Sequence record: MN908693.1
Source of the DNA: Gordonia phage AnClar
Length of the DNA stretch: 32,000 bases
Reading direction: 5' to 3' (one strand)
Shown: positions 23,401 to 32,000 of the stretch, one piece after another
Position numbering within the stretch: the first letter of the stretch is position 1
Layout: the number at the start of each line of letters is the position of its first letter
Translations under genes and position numbers: made by a program
Notes under the pieces: model-generated
Databases searched by the model: none
Seen by the model: the letters and a program-made list of their open reading frames with translations, nothing else
Told to the model about the DNA's origin: nothing

Positions 23401-25980
23401 ATCGACGAGGCGGGCGAGATCGGCACCATCCCCGAGCACCACAGCGGTGGCCGGATCAACGGCCCCAAGGGCCGCGACAACGTGCTGATGTGGGGCGAGG
23501 CCGGTGAGCACATGCTCACCGTGCAGGAGGTGCTCAAGGCTGGCGGGCACGGCCTGGTCTACGCCATGCGCGACATGATCGCCCGAGGCATCCCGTTCAA
23601 GTGGGAGAACGGCCACATCACCGCGCTGAGCGGCGTCGGCTCGCTGGCCCCGAGCGACGTCGCGGCGTACGGCAACGCGGTGGCCTCGCAGGGCATCGGC
23701 AACGTACTGCCTGAGGGCCTGTTCAACCGCATCCTGCCGTCGGCGATGCTGCCCGCCCACCGGCGCGGCGGCGAGATCGGCGAGGAGCCGTGGATGCGGC
23801 AGCTGCTCAAGGGCCACCAGTTCGCCAAGTCGCAGTCGGGCAAGCCGTACCAGTGGGCCGGGCCGACCGGCCCCGGCTCGTCGTTCGACTGCTCGGGGTT
23901 CATGGGGTCGATCGCTGCGGCCATCCTCGGGCTGAACCCCTGGCAGCGCTACATGTCGACCGCGACGTTCGGCGCGGCTCAGCGCCAGTCGGTCAACGCC
24001 TCGGGCATCAACTGGGTCGCCGGTGTCGACGGCGGGTTCTCGATCGGTGTCAACGACGACCCCGGCGGCCCCGGCGGCGGACACACCGCCGGTACCCTCG
24101 GCGCGCTGGCCGCGCTCGGCATCCCTGGTGCGGTCAACGTCGAGTCCGGCGGCAACGCGGGCGGTGTCGGCTACGGCCAGGGTCCGGGGCCGTTCGGCTT
24201 CCCGACTCAGTACCACCTGCCCATCGGGGCCAACGGATTCTTCCAGCCGGGCCGAGGCAGCGCCGGACCCTCGCCCGAGGAGCAGCGCGGGTTCCTGGAG
24301 AAGAAAGTCATCTCGATCATGGACGAGATGCTGGCCCCGGCGCGCGCTGCCGTGGACAGCGTCGTGCCCAAGCCGCCGCCGAGCTACTACCAGATCCCTC
24401 GGGGCTACCTCGACGACGCCCCGGAGAAGGTCGTGGACGGGGCCAAGGCCCTCATCGGCAAGCTCGGCGGCGGACTCTCGTCGGCCTGGACCGCCGCCCA
24501 GGACGTCACCGAGGGCATCCTGGACACCCTCAACCCGTTCGACTCGGGCGGCCTGGCTCGCGGCAAGGGCCTGCTGCCCAAGAACGTCGTCGAGCCTGAG
24601 CGCGTGCTCAGCCCGAAACAGACCCAGCTGTTCGAGACCCTGGTCGGCGCGCTCACCCGCATCGCCGGATTCAGCGTGTCGTCGTTCCAGCGCCAGGGCG
24701 GCGACGGCGACGACGTGCTCACCAAGACCGCCATGCTCGACGCCACCGGGCGGATGGCCAGCGACACCGCCGCGCTCCTTGATCGCACGGAATCAAGCCG
24801 CGAGGCAGTAGCCGACGCTCAGCACCAGCAGAGCGTCGAGCTGCAGCAGCAGGTGCTGGCGCAGCTGTCCGACAAGGTGTTCGCGCCGATGATCCAGACC
24901 GGCGTGTCCGGCGCGGTGCAGGCCGCGACCAAGGACGGCACCCTCAACGCGCTCGGCACGTCCATCGGCCAGATCGCTGGCTCGACGATCGCGGCGGCGA
25001 TGAGCAACGCGCAGCTGTTCGACTCGGGCGGCGAGTGGTCGTCGGGCACCGTCGGCGTGAACCTCTCGGGCCAGATGGAGCGGGTGCTGGACCCGGCGCA
25101 GACGCGGGCGTTCGACGCCGGTCTGCTCGGCGGCTGGAACCTACAGCCTCAGCAGCAGCACATGGCTCGGGCTGCGGCCAACGACACCGTCGGCGCGGAC
25201 TTCTTCGGTCTCAACAGCGGCGGCATCGGGGGCGGCATCGTCAACGCCCTGGTGCGCGTGCTGCTGGAAGTCATCGGTGTGCAGATCGAGGTCCGCGACA
25301 CCATGGCCGACATGACCGCCGAGATCAGGCAGTTCCGTGGCGACTTCGAGGCGTTCGACGCCACAGGCCGTCTCGCCGGTGACACCTCGGGGCTGACGGC
25401 GCGGTCGGAGTCGAGCGAGGACCTCGTGGTCGCTGAGCGGCTGCGCATCCTGAAACAGGTCATCATGGGCCTGGTCAAGTTCGTCATCGACAAGGTCATC
25501 GTCCCGATGCTCAACAGCCTGTTCCAGGGGCTGATCCAGATGGCCACGACGGGCATCGGCACCGCCATCGGCGGCGCGCTCGGCGGGCCTCTCGGGGCGG
25601 CGGCGGGCACGGCCATCGGCAACCTGGTCGGCCAGGTGGTCGGCGCGGGCCTCGGCGGCCTGGCGTCGGTGGCCACCAGCGTGCTCGGCGGGCTGCTCAC
25701 CGCCGGTGCCGGGGCGCTGCTCGATGGCGCGTTCGGGCTGTTCGACGACGGCGGCGTCGCCAACGGCATCGGGTTCATGCCCAAGGCCGTCATCGCCCCG
25801 GAGCGCGTGCTCAGCCCGAGCAACACCAAGTCGTTCGACCGTTTCGTCGATCTGCTGGCCAAGGGCGAGGTCGGCCTGGGCAACGGACGCACAACCACGA
25901 TCCACGCGCCGTTTACAGTGACAGGTGGCGAGGGCGGCGGTAAGGCGGCCCGCGACCGCCTGCTGGAACTGATGAGCTAG
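20494..25980 (+). CDS. Tape measure protein with embedded NlpC/P60-like peptidoglycan hydrolase domain
   Basis: 1828 aa, longest ORF, coiled N-terminus, aromatic repeats (W..VI.P.W), and 'HQFAKSQSGKPYQWAGPTGPGSSFDCSGFMGSI...GGHTAGTLGALAALG'. Confidence 0.92.
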   Translation: MTSPAGSIGIGVSIDASDIASDITRAVTSQLRPVIAALQGDISRLTRSLGDIDSSGIDRASDGMDDLRGSTDRATDSTDRAARSAEELRAALNRVDASSMRDIVRGAENAQQELEQLDATQLDALIREAQRAGQNIGQQLGAGASQAQRELAQLDQAGLDQLIRNARQARDALNEVEQEAEDTGNAGSQMGDKLKGAAGKIAGLTAGLVGVGGAMDLAASAIEQNSLGNRLQAQLALTTEEAARAGRLTGELYAGNFGGSVEEVNAAVGAVQSTIGRLGEDSDEAFKAMTASALTMADVFEIDVAESTQTANNLIRNGLAKDGTEAMDLLTAAMQRVPANLRGEIFPVMDEYSTYFQSIGFSGQEAMGIIVNSSQQGQIAMDKAGDAIKEFGIRATDLGDKGAMDAIASLGLNSQQMATDLLAGGDTAQQAFDKIVDGLLKIDNPAEQAAAAVALFGTPLEDLDKAKIPGFLQGLSSGEDAMAGFAGSAQQMSDTMGTGPAAAMETVKRSIEQGLIGALGTASQWMVENKTTALILAGAIGTLGAAYVAYRTIAGVAAVVTGVTTALRGQAIATTAAAGAQRAYTATTAIMTVAQRGMAIASTVAATAMRGLSLAFLASPIGWIVLAIGAVVGALALFFTKTEMGKRVWQQLMEWVQIAWEGIKTAIVGAWQNFIWPALQAIWNFITNTLVPIFVFLWQQVIVPAWNAIANVISQVWTNWIMPVFTAIHNFIVNVIAPALIWWWQNVTVPVFNAIAAVISAAWNNFIKPVWDAFVWVLQNVLAPLFGWLWNTIIAPVMQGIGATISFVWNNVIKPIWDGFVWLLQNVLAPVFGWLWNTIIAPAMQGIGMVISGAWNNVIKPVIDFMLGGWRSIGDAIKFAWENVIRPVWNALGDAISWVWENVIRVAFDAIKTALTSVGDFFSDTVDGIGRVWDGLKSLLAKPVNFMIGTVYNNGIRKAWNVIAGFIPGIDEAGEIGTIPEHHSGGRINGPKGRDNVLMWGEAGEHMLTVQEVLKAGGHGLVYAMRDMIARGIPFKWENGHITALSGVGSLAPSDVAAYGNAVASQGIGNVLPEGLFNRILPSAMLPAHRRGGEIGEEPWMRQLLKGHQFAKSQSGKPYQWAGPTGPGSSFDCSGFMGSIAAAILGLNPWQRYMSTATFGAAQRQSVNASGINWVAGVDGGFSIGVNDDPGGPGGGHTAGTLGALAALGIPGAVNVESGGNAGGVGYGQGPGPFGFPTQYHLPIGANGFFQPGRGSAGPSPEEQRGFLEKKVISIMDEMLAPARAAVDSVVPKPPPSYYQIPRGYLDDAPEKVVDGAKALIGKLGGGLSSAWTAAQDVTEGILDTLNPFDSGGLARGKGLLPKNVVEPERVLSPKQTQLFETLVGALTRIAGFSVSSFQRQGGDGDDVLTKTAMLDATGRMASDTAALLDRTESSREAVADAQHQQSVELQQQVLAQLSDKVFAPMIQTGVSGAVQAATKDGTLNALGTSIGQIAGSTIAAAMSNAQLFDSGGEWSSGTVGVNLSGQMERVLDPAQTRAFDAGLLGGWNLQPQQQHMARAAANDTVGADFFGLNSGGIGGGIVNALVRVLLEVIGVQIEVRDTMADMTAEIRQFRGDFEAFDATGRLAGDTSGLTARSESSEDLVVAERLRILKQVIMGLVKFVIDKVIVPMLNSLFQGLIQMATTGIGTAIGGALGGPLGAAAGTAIGNLVGQVVGAGLGGLASVATSVLGGLLTAGAGALLDGAFGLFDDGGVANGIGFMPKAVIAPERVLSPSNTKSFDRFVDLLAKGEVGLGNGRTTTIHAPFTVTGGEGGGKAARDRLLELMS
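22780..23055 (+). repeat. Two tandem 138-bp (46-aa) coding repeats within the tape measure gene, plus partial third
   Basis: WNNFIKPVWDAFVWVLQNVLAPLFGWLWNTIIAPVMQGIGATISFV (22780-22917) versus WNNVIKPIWDGFVWLLQNVLAPVFGWLWNTIIAPAMQGIGMVISGA (22918-23055), then WNNVIKPV... from 23056. Confidence 0.88.
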
Positions 25981-25987
25981 GAGACCC

Positions 25988-27517
25988 ATGGCCTTCCGTG
26001 GATACTTCGCCCTCGACGGGGTGGAGATCGCCAACAGCTCGCGGGTCGCTGCGCACCTGGGCCAGTCGACGCCGACCAACGACGCCGGGACCATCTGCGG
26101 CGAACTCGTCCTCGACGAGGACCCCGACGACTCGCAGCTCTACAACCCCGGCGAGATACAGGAGAGCAGCGACCCCGGCCTGTTCTACCCCTACGTCTAC
26201 AGCCCGCTCACCAGCTGCGGGCTGACCGAGGTCGACCCCGGACTATTCGAGGTGCCCGCCAGCTCGGGCGCACTGCGGCCCGGCCTGTACTCGCCGCCGG
26301 ACGGGTCCGAGCGCTACGGCCAGGGCCTCATCGAGGTAGACGCCAACTGCTGGGGCACCTCGCGGCTGTGCGGGTCCTGCCGCGTCAACCTCGGCTACGA
26401 CGACACCTGGCCGGGGCTGCAGGCGTACCTGACCGACACCATCTACCGGCCTGAGCTGGCTCCGTGGTTCTCGACGCGGGCACCGGCGTCCAAAGAGTTC
26501 GGCGGCGTCTGGGTCATGGGCGTCGAGGGGTTCGGCCCGGTGCCGGTCGAGCGCGCGGTGACCGAGATGGTCGGCAGCGGCGCGGTCGCCGGGGTCCAGC
26601 GCGACGGCTCGCGCGTGATGACGTTCGACGCCCTGCTCGTGGCCTGCACCAACGCGGGCCTGGAGTACGGGCTGAATTGGCTCACCTGCCTGCTGCGCGA
26701 CACCAACGGGCGCACCGACGCCGCGCTGCGATACTTCGCTGCGCACCCCTCGCACACCGGCGCGAGCGCGGCCAGCCTCGTGCGCGAGATGCGCGGTGTG
26801 GTGCTGACCAAGGCCCCGAGCGTGACCGCGTCGCAGGCGGGCGGCGGCACCCGGCACCAGCAGGCGACCATGTACCGCGTCAGCTGGGAGATGGTCGCGC
26901 TCAGCCCGTACGCCTACGCGCCGCCGGTGCCGGTCGCTGTCGAGTGGGACGAGGTCGAGACCGAACCCATCGAGTGGATCCACGCCGCCGACTGCAGCCA
27001 GCCCGAGAGCTGTGTCGACATGCCGGTGCTGTTCTCCGAGACCTGCCAGCCCGCGACCATCGACATCGTGAGCACCCCGCCGCCGAGCTGCGGCGGGTGC
27101 ATGCCGGTGTGCGCGGTGAGCCGCCATCGGTTCGTCCTGCCGACCACCGACGCGCCCTACGTCTGCAGCGAGACCGCCGTCGGCATCGTCATCCACAACA
27201 CCGGCGAGGGGCCGCTGAGCCTGCAGGCGCACCTGAGGGTGTGCGGCTCGAATGAGCGGTGTGACAACGACCTCTACCCGCTGCAGGTGGCCGGGCTGCC
27301 CGCCGGGGCCTCGCTGTCGCTGGACTCGATCACCGGGCGCTACCACGCCGACTACGCCGGGCGTAAGCGCCGCCCGGTCGGCATCGTCGGCACGCCCTCG
27401 GGCGCACCGTGGCGGCCCGTCATCATCGACCGGCGCACCTGCTACGAGCTGGTAGTCGACGCGGCCAGCACAGCCGACTTCGAGGTCGAGCTGAGCCTGA
27501 CCGACCGGGAGGCGTAG
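25988..27517 (+). CDS. Minor tail protein (distal-tail type position)
   Basis: 509 aa directly after the tape measure. 'MAFRGYFALDGVEIANSSRVAAHLG...LIEVDANCWGTSRLCGSCRVNLGYDDTWPGL'. Confidence 0.78.
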   Translation: MAFRGYFALDGVEIANSSRVAAHLGQSTPTNDAGTICGELVLDEDPDDSQLYNPGEIQESSDPGLFYPYVYSPLTSCGLTEVDPGLFEVPASSGALRPGLYSPPDGSERYGQGLIEVDANCWGTSRLCGSCRVNLGYDDTWPGLQAYLTDTIYRPELAPWFSTRAPASKEFGGVWVMGVEGFGPVPVERAVTEMVGSGAVAGVQRDGSRVMTFDALLVACTNAGLEYGLNWLTCLLRDTNGRTDAALRYFAAHPSHTGASAASLVREMRGVVLTKAPSVTASQAGGGTRHQQATMYRVSWEMVALSPYAYAPPVPVAVEWDEVETEPIEWIHAADCSQPESCVDMPVLFSETCQPATIDIVSTPPPSCGGCMPVCAVSRHRFVLPTTDAPYVCSETAVGIVIHNTGEGPLSLQAHLRVCGSNERCDNDLYPLQVAGLPAGASLSLDSITGRYHADYAGRKRRPVGIVGTPSGAPWRPVIIDRRTCYELVVDAASTADFEVELSLTDREA

Positions 27518-27519
27518 AC

Positions 27520-28560
27520 GTGATCGTCAGCGACAACCAGGCGGTGTCTCTGCACGACCTGCGCGGCGTCCAGCTGGCCCAGTTCGGCCCGTCGGAGCAG
27601 GCCGCGCTCAAGTGGACCCGCAGCCTGCGCGAGGTCTCTACGTGCGAGCTGAGCGTCGCGGAGCCGGACCTGCTCGCCGAGGTCTACCCCTGGGCACACT
27701 GGCTGACCGTCTGGGACATGGACGACGCCGCCGAGCCGCTGTGGTCCGGCCCGATCCTCAAGGCGACCGCGAGCCGCACCGCGCTGGACATCAGCGCCCG
27801 CGACATCGGCGCGCTCATGAGCCGGACGCGCACGCCGATGACCAAGCGCTGGGACTCAGCCGACCCGAGCGTCATCGCCACCGAGCTGTGGCGCGCGATG
27901 ATCGCCCACCACAACGTGAACACCACGCCGGTCAGCCGCGTCGACCCCGAGGGCGACCCGTTCGACTTCCAGGTCACCGCCGACGAGTCGACCCTGGACG
28001 CGGTGATGAGCGACCTCGTCGGCCTCGGCCTGCGGTGGTCGGTCGTCGCCGGGGTGCCGGTCCTCGGCCCGATGCCGACCACCCCGCTCAGCTCGCTCGG
28101 TGAGCACGACCTCCTGGGCGACGGCATCACCGTCGTGCGCGACGGGACGGCCACGGCCAACGACGTGATGCTGCGCGGTGCCGACACCGTGGCCCGCTCG
28201 CGCGTCGAGCTGGCCGGGCTGGGCCTGCAGTCCATCGTCAGCGCCGACTCCATGTTCGGCATCTCCAACGTCGAGCGAGCGCTGCGGCAGTACACCCGCC
28301 ACACCGCCCAGATCAGGGACTCGCTCACCCTGCCCGGCGGCGTCGAGCTGCACCCTGACGCGCCGGTATCGATCGGCGAGCTGGTCCCCTCGGCCCGGTT
28401 CGTCATCGACGCCCGAGGCATCCGCGCGCTCATGGAGCTGGACTCGGTCGAGGTCACGCGGGGCGGCGGATCGCTGTCGGTCACGGCCAGCTTCACCACG
28501 GTCAACGATGTTCCGGAGCTGGCTGACACCGACACCGGCATGGGAGCATTGACGCTGTGA
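27520..28560 (+). CDS. Minor tail protein (ReqiPepy6 gp37-like / tail-associated)
   Basis: GTG 27520 within track ORF 27409..28560. 'LSVAEPDLLAEVYPWAHWLTVWDMDDAAEPLWSGPILKATASRTALDISARDIGALMSR' resembles siphoviral gp37-like tail proteins. Confidence 0.72.
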   Translation: MIVSDNQAVSLHDLRGVQLAQFGPSEQAALKWTRSLREVSTCELSVAEPDLLAEVYPWAHWLTVWDMDDAAEPLWSGPILKATASRTALDISARDIGALMSRTRTPMTKRWDSADPSVIATELWRAMIAHHNVNTTPVSRVDPEGDPFDFQVTADESTLDAVMSDLVGLGLRWSVVAGVPVLGPMPTTPLSSLGEHDLLGDGITVVRDGTATANDVMLRGADTVARSRVELAGLGLQSIVSADSMFGISNVERALRQYTRHTAQIRDSLTLPGGVELHPDAPVSIGELVPSARFVIDARGIRALMELDSVEVTRGGGSLSVTASFTTVNDVPELADTDTGMGALTL

Positions 28561-30143
28561 CCCTCGCCAGCCCTGGGAAGGCCCCCACCACCGACGCCGA
28601 GTGGGCGCGGCAGATGGCCCAGCGCGTGGCCCGGCTGGAGAGTCAAACCACCGTCCGCGTCGGCAAGTGGGTGGTCTCGTCGGTCGATGGCGCGCTGCTG
28701 GCCACCGCCCCCGGTGAGGACCCGATGAACCTCGGTAGCAGCACGTCCGAGGTCGACGCCGAGGCGGTCGAGGGCATCGTCCGGTCGGCGGGGTTCGCCA
28801 CCACCCAGCAGGTGGCTGCGATCGAGACCCAGGTCGGCGAGCAGGGCGCGGCGGTCGACGACCTCGCGACGAACATCACCGGCGCGGTCAACAACGGCGT
28901 GGCCGTCGGCAGCGGCATCATCCGCGAGGCGTACGACGCGGTGCTCGCGCTGTTCGGCATCGCCGACGCGGCGCAGCGCACAGCCCTCGCGGCTCAGCAG
29001 CAGCTCCAGGACATCACCGCTGAGACACCCGTCGGCGGGCAGTCGTGGTCGACCCAGTTCGCCGGGGGCAACGGCACCGCGCTGCCAGCCAGCGACTGGA
29101 CCGGCTCGCCTGAGATCGTCATACGCGGCAACTCGGGGTACGCCGGTGTGGCCGAGGGCGTGGCCGACGGGACCTACTGGAAGACCACGACGTTCGTCGT
29201 CGACAGCGACAATCAGTCGGTCTCGATGCTGCTCGGCAACCGGACATCGGACAACCTCTGGACCGGCTGCGCGCTGCGGACCAACGCCGACGGCACCGAG
29301 GGCGTCTACGTCCGGGCCAACGCGACCACCATCCAGATCGGGCGGTACACCCGCGCAGGCTCAGCGTTCACCTTCTCGGGCTGGAACAGCCTGTCTCGGA
29401 ACAACTCTGAGGGCGACCTCATCCGCCTGCGCTGCGACGGCGACAACTACTTCGTGCTCGTCAACGGCCAGGCCATCATGAGCTGGCCCGACACCTCGGG
29501 CACCGTGAGCAAGGGAGCAGTGTTCCGCCATGCGACGTTCTTTGAGCAGAAGGGCAGCAACATCTTTGGCGGCCCGGTCGCCTCGTCTCGGCTGGCAGGG
29601 TTCGCGTTCGCTGACTGGGCCGCGCCAGGGGCGGCGTTGAGCACCCCGTCGTGGTTCATGCGCCGAGGTACCAACACCCTGGTCGCGCTGGCCGTGAGCC
29701 ATGGAGCCGTCGCTGCGCTGCCCGCGAGCTTCTACACCATCACCGACCGCTCATCCAGCGTCGGCGTCGACCTCACCAACGGCGAGGTCACCATCCAGGA
29801 GACCGGCATATACGAGATCACCTCGACTGGGATCAACCGCGACGACAACGACTCGGGCGGTCTGGGCGCAGCCAACGGCAACACCATCAACGCCTACCGC
29901 ATGACGCCGTGGGTGCTCTACCTCGACGGCCAGCCCACCATGGGTCCTATCGCCTCGGGCACCTCGATCCGGTTCCCGCTCGTCGCCGGGCAAAAGGTCC
30001 GCATCGGCGTCTCAGCGTCGATTGCCAACTTCCCGTCCGTGCGCGGCGGCGGTGAAGACGCCACCGACGTGCCCGCGACCACGAACATCACCCACGTCGG
30101 CGGCGGACCCATCGCGGTGTTCTCGGGCATTAAGGTGGCGTGA
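28557..30143 (+). CDS. Minor tail protein / tail fibre-like
   Basis: 528 aa, overlapping start. N-terminal 'EWARQMAQRVARLESQTTVRVGKWVVS', beta-rich C-terminus; position in tail module. Confidence 0.68.
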   Translation: MTLASPGKAPTTDAEWARQMAQRVARLESQTTVRVGKWVVSSVDGALLATAPGEDPMNLGSSTSEVDAEAVEGIVRSAGFATTQQVAAIETQVGEQGAAVDDLATNITGAVNNGVAVGSGIIREAYDAVLALFGIADAAQRTALAAQQQLQDITAETPVGGQSWSTQFAGGNGTALPASDWTGSPEIVIRGNSGYAGVAEGVADGTYWKTTTFVVDSDNQSVSMLLGNRTSDNLWTGCALRTNADGTEGVYVRANATTIQIGRYTRAGSAFTFSGWNSLSRNNSEGDLIRLRCDGDNYFVLVNGQAIMSWPDTSGTVSKGAVFRHATFFEQKGSNIFGGPVASSRLAGFAFADWAAPGAALSTPSWFMRRGTNTLVALAVSHGAVAALPASFYTITDRSSSVGVDLTNGEVTIQETGIYEITSTGINRDDNDSGGLGAANGNTINAYRMTPWVLYLDGQPTMGPIASGTSIRFPLVAGQKVRIGVSASIANFPSVRGGGEDATDVPATTNITHVGGGPIAVFSGIKVA

Positions 30144-30334
30144 TGGCCGACAACACTGCGCAGGTGCCCGAGCTGCCCAATGTCACGTTCACGCTCACCT
30201 ACGGCAGCGGCGGCATCGACGGCATGCCGTCGAACACCGTGCGGGTGGTGGCGACGCGGCCCGGCATCCCGACCGAGGACAACCCCAACCCCGAGCCGAT
30301 CGTGCTGCGCGACACCTCGTTCATCGGGCCGTAG
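30143..30334 (+). CDS. Small hypothetical tail-module protein
   Basis: About 63 aa; ATG 30143 (track start is GTG 30140). 'ADNTAQVPELPNVTFTLTYGSGGIDGMPSNTVRVVATRPG'. Confidence 0.5.
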   Translation: MADNTAQVPELPNVTFTLTYGSGGIDGMPSNTVRVVATRPGIPTEDNPNPEPIVLRDTSFIGP

Positions 30335-30343
30335 GCTGAGCAC

Positions 30344-30958
30344 ATGGTCAACGTCTGCGTGAGCGAGAACCTCCAGGTCGAGGCCGGGGCTATCTCGCTC
30401 GCGCCCTGGTCGGTGCCGCGCCTGGTCGCCGACGTCGTGGGCAGCTCGTCCGGCGACGGGCCGCTGTTCCCTCAGGTGACCCTGCCGGGCAAGCTGCTCA
30501 TCGACGTCAAGGCCGGGTGGGTCAATGACGCGCCGGTCGACCAGATGGTGCTGCTGCGGATCACGCGGGGCCGACGCGACTGGCTGGTGAGCAACCCCAA
30601 CGCCATCCAGGTGCGCGACCGCTGGAGCTACGCCCTCGACCGCGACCCGGCGGTGCCGACGACCGTGGGCAGCTACAACAGCCAGGTCGGATCAGCCATC
30701 GACCTCGGGACCAACACCGTCGCCGAGCCGCTCGACGGGCGGCAGTGGGTCAGCCAGGACGCCCACAGCTCCGATGAGTGGGTCGGGCCGGTCGCGCCGG
30801 GGCAGAAGCTCAACGTCTGGTACCGCTGCTACGTCTGGACCCCGCCGCCCTACTCCGACAACGCCAACGGGTCGAACCCGCAGCACGAGGTGCGCGCCCG
30901 CTACACCCGCGTGCAGATGATCGCCTACCCGCAGCAGGGGAGCCTGGTGGCCGGATGA
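30344..30958 (+). CDS. Minor tail protein, paralog A
   Basis: 204 aa; shares 'GWVNDAPVDQMVLLRITRGRRDWLVSNPNAIQVRDRWSYAL' pattern with the next two genes. Confidence 0.65.
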   Translation: MVNVCVSENLQVEAGAISLAPWSVPRLVADVVGSSSGDGPLFPQVTLPGKLLIDVKAGWVNDAPVDQMVLLRITRGRRDWLVSNPNAIQVRDRWSYALDRDPAVPTTVGSYNSQVGSAIDLGTNTVAEPLDGRQWVSQDAHSSDEWVGPVAPGQKLNVWYRCYVWTPPPYSDNANGSNPQHEVRARYTRVQMIAYPQQGSLVAG

Positions 30959-31584
30959 GCCTGAAAATATGCACGGCTGAGTACATGCTCAGCGACACCA
31001 ACGGCGTCGGGATGCGCCGAGGGTGGTTCCCGCGCATCGTCGCCGAGGCGTTCCTGGGGTCCGAGCGCGACGGCGAGATCAAGCGCGCGCCGGATCCGGT
31101 GCCGATGATCGAGGGCGACCTGACGTGGTTCAACAACAGCCCCGACCCTCAGGTGCTGGCTGTGCAGGTCCACCGAGCGCCGCGCACCGTCGTGACCACG
31201 AACCCCAACACCGTGATCCTGCAGGACGCCTGGACCTACGCCGTCGGAGTCTCGCCGGTGGCCGACCCGCCGACGGTGATGCAGGACTCCACCGGCGGGC
31301 GGCTGCAGCTCGACCGCGCCTACACCCCTGGCGCGGACCTCAAGTTCGGGCGGCTGTTCCTCGACACCGACGACAGCCAGACCCTGGTCCACATCGGCGT
31401 CGTGCCCTCGATGCAGTCGATGCACTTCCGCTACCTCTGCTCGGTCCAGACGCCGGGCACCTGGACCACACAGGGCGACTCGGGCGCAGCCGGTGCCGCG
31501 ACCGGCGGCGGTGCTGGCCGCCACGAGGCGCAGGCCCGCTGGACTCGGCTGCTCGCCATCGCCTCGCCGGTAGGAGCGTCATGA
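30955..31584 (+). CDS. Minor tail protein, paralog B
   Basis: Starts at ATG 30955 (ATGA overlap) within track ORF 30778..31584; 'LTWFNNSPDPQVLAVQVHRAPRTVVTTNPNTVILQDAWTYAV'. Confidence 0.65.
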   Translation: MSLKICTAEYMLSDTNGVGMRRGWFPRIVAEAFLGSERDGEIKRAPDPVPMIEGDLTWFNNSPDPQVLAVQVHRAPRTVVTTNPNTVILQDAWTYAVGVSPVADPPTVMQDSTGGRLQLDRAYTPGADLKFGRLFLDTDDSQTLVHIGVVPSMQSMHFRYLCSVQTPGTWTTQGDSGAAGAATGGGAGRHEAQARWTRLLAIASPVGAS

Positions 31585-32000
31585 CCTGCGTCGAGCCGAA
31601 CCACTTCGACGACACCGACGGCGTCGTCAGCCCGCAGCCCTGGACCCAGTGGCGGCGCACCGTCGGTCAGGTGGCGGTGTCGGCGTCCGGCGGATACCCG
31701 CCCAACGGCGGCGGTGCCAAGAACGACCTGCTGCAGGTCGTCGCGGTCAGCTGGACGAACAACAGCCCGATCGCTCAGCAGGTCTACGGCCTGGTCACGC
31801 GCGGCAGTGCCTATCTCGCGCTGCAGGCTCGCTCGCGGGCCTACCTCGTGATGCGCCACGGCCTGCTGGTCGGCGCAGGGTCCACGCCCATGGTCGAGGC
31901 CAGCCGGTTCGGCGGCGGCGTCGACCTCGGGCTGTCGGGGTCCAAGGTGCCCTACGGCGTGTTCGAGCAGCGCCAGTCCAGCCGCACGCTGCCGCTGCTG
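31581..32000 (+). CDS. Minor tail protein, paralog C (truncated by window end)
   Basis: ATG 31581 (ATGA overlap), open to the window edge and absent from the supplied track. My translation: MTCVEPNHFDDTDGVVSPQPWTQWRRTVGQ...VVAVSWTNNSPIAQQVYGLVTRG... Confidence 0.65.
   Translation, partial: MTCVEPNHFDDTDGVVSPQPWTQWRRTVGQVAVSASGGYPPNGGGAKNDLLQVVAVSWTNNSPIAQQVYGLVTRGSAYLALQARSRAYLVMRHGLLVGAGSTPMVEASRFGGGVDLGLSGSKVPYGVFEQRQSSRTLPLL

Noticed and set aside
22060-24216. 718-aa minus-strand ORF within the tape measure
   Set aside because: Overlaps the strongly supported tape measure gene; Asp/Val/His/Gly-rich shadow translation.
1-32000. CRISPR arrays, tRNA genes, integrase or lysis (endolysin) genes
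   Set aside because: I saw no regularly spaced direct repeats, cloverleaf-like tRNA sequence, recombinase motifs or endolysin gene. The only hydrolase-like domain is embedded in the tape measure. tRNAscan-SE/ARAGORN would be needed for certainty.

Overview
The window is a high-GC, densely packed siphovirus (tailed phage or prophage) structural region with an actinobacteriophage-like character; the host genus cannot be assigned from sequence alone. From left to right: a ParB-like protein; a small HNH/zinc-knuckle protein; an ABC-ATPase fused to a GNAT acetyltransferase; a formyltransferase-like protein; the large terminase; a RuvC-like resolvase on the minus strand; a DUF1360-like membrane protein; portal; a MuF-like/maturation protease fusion; an HNH+AP2 homing endonuclease on the minus strand; a major capsid protein with a scaffold-like N-terminus; four translationally coupled membrane-protein genes; major tail protein; a polysaccharide-deacetylase-like protein; head-tail connectors; a tail chaperone candidate; an 1828-aa tape measure with an NlpC/P60-like domain; and minor tail proteins, the last truncated by the window end. 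The leads I rate highest are (1) the ParB/HNH/ABC-GNAT/formyltransferase block directly upstream of terL, a candidate nucleic-acid modification or packaging-linked module; (2) the four-gene membrane cassette inside the virion operon; and (3) the divergent NodB-like deacetylase inserted between the major tail protein and the connectors. All functions are inferred from motifs read by eye. No database search was run.
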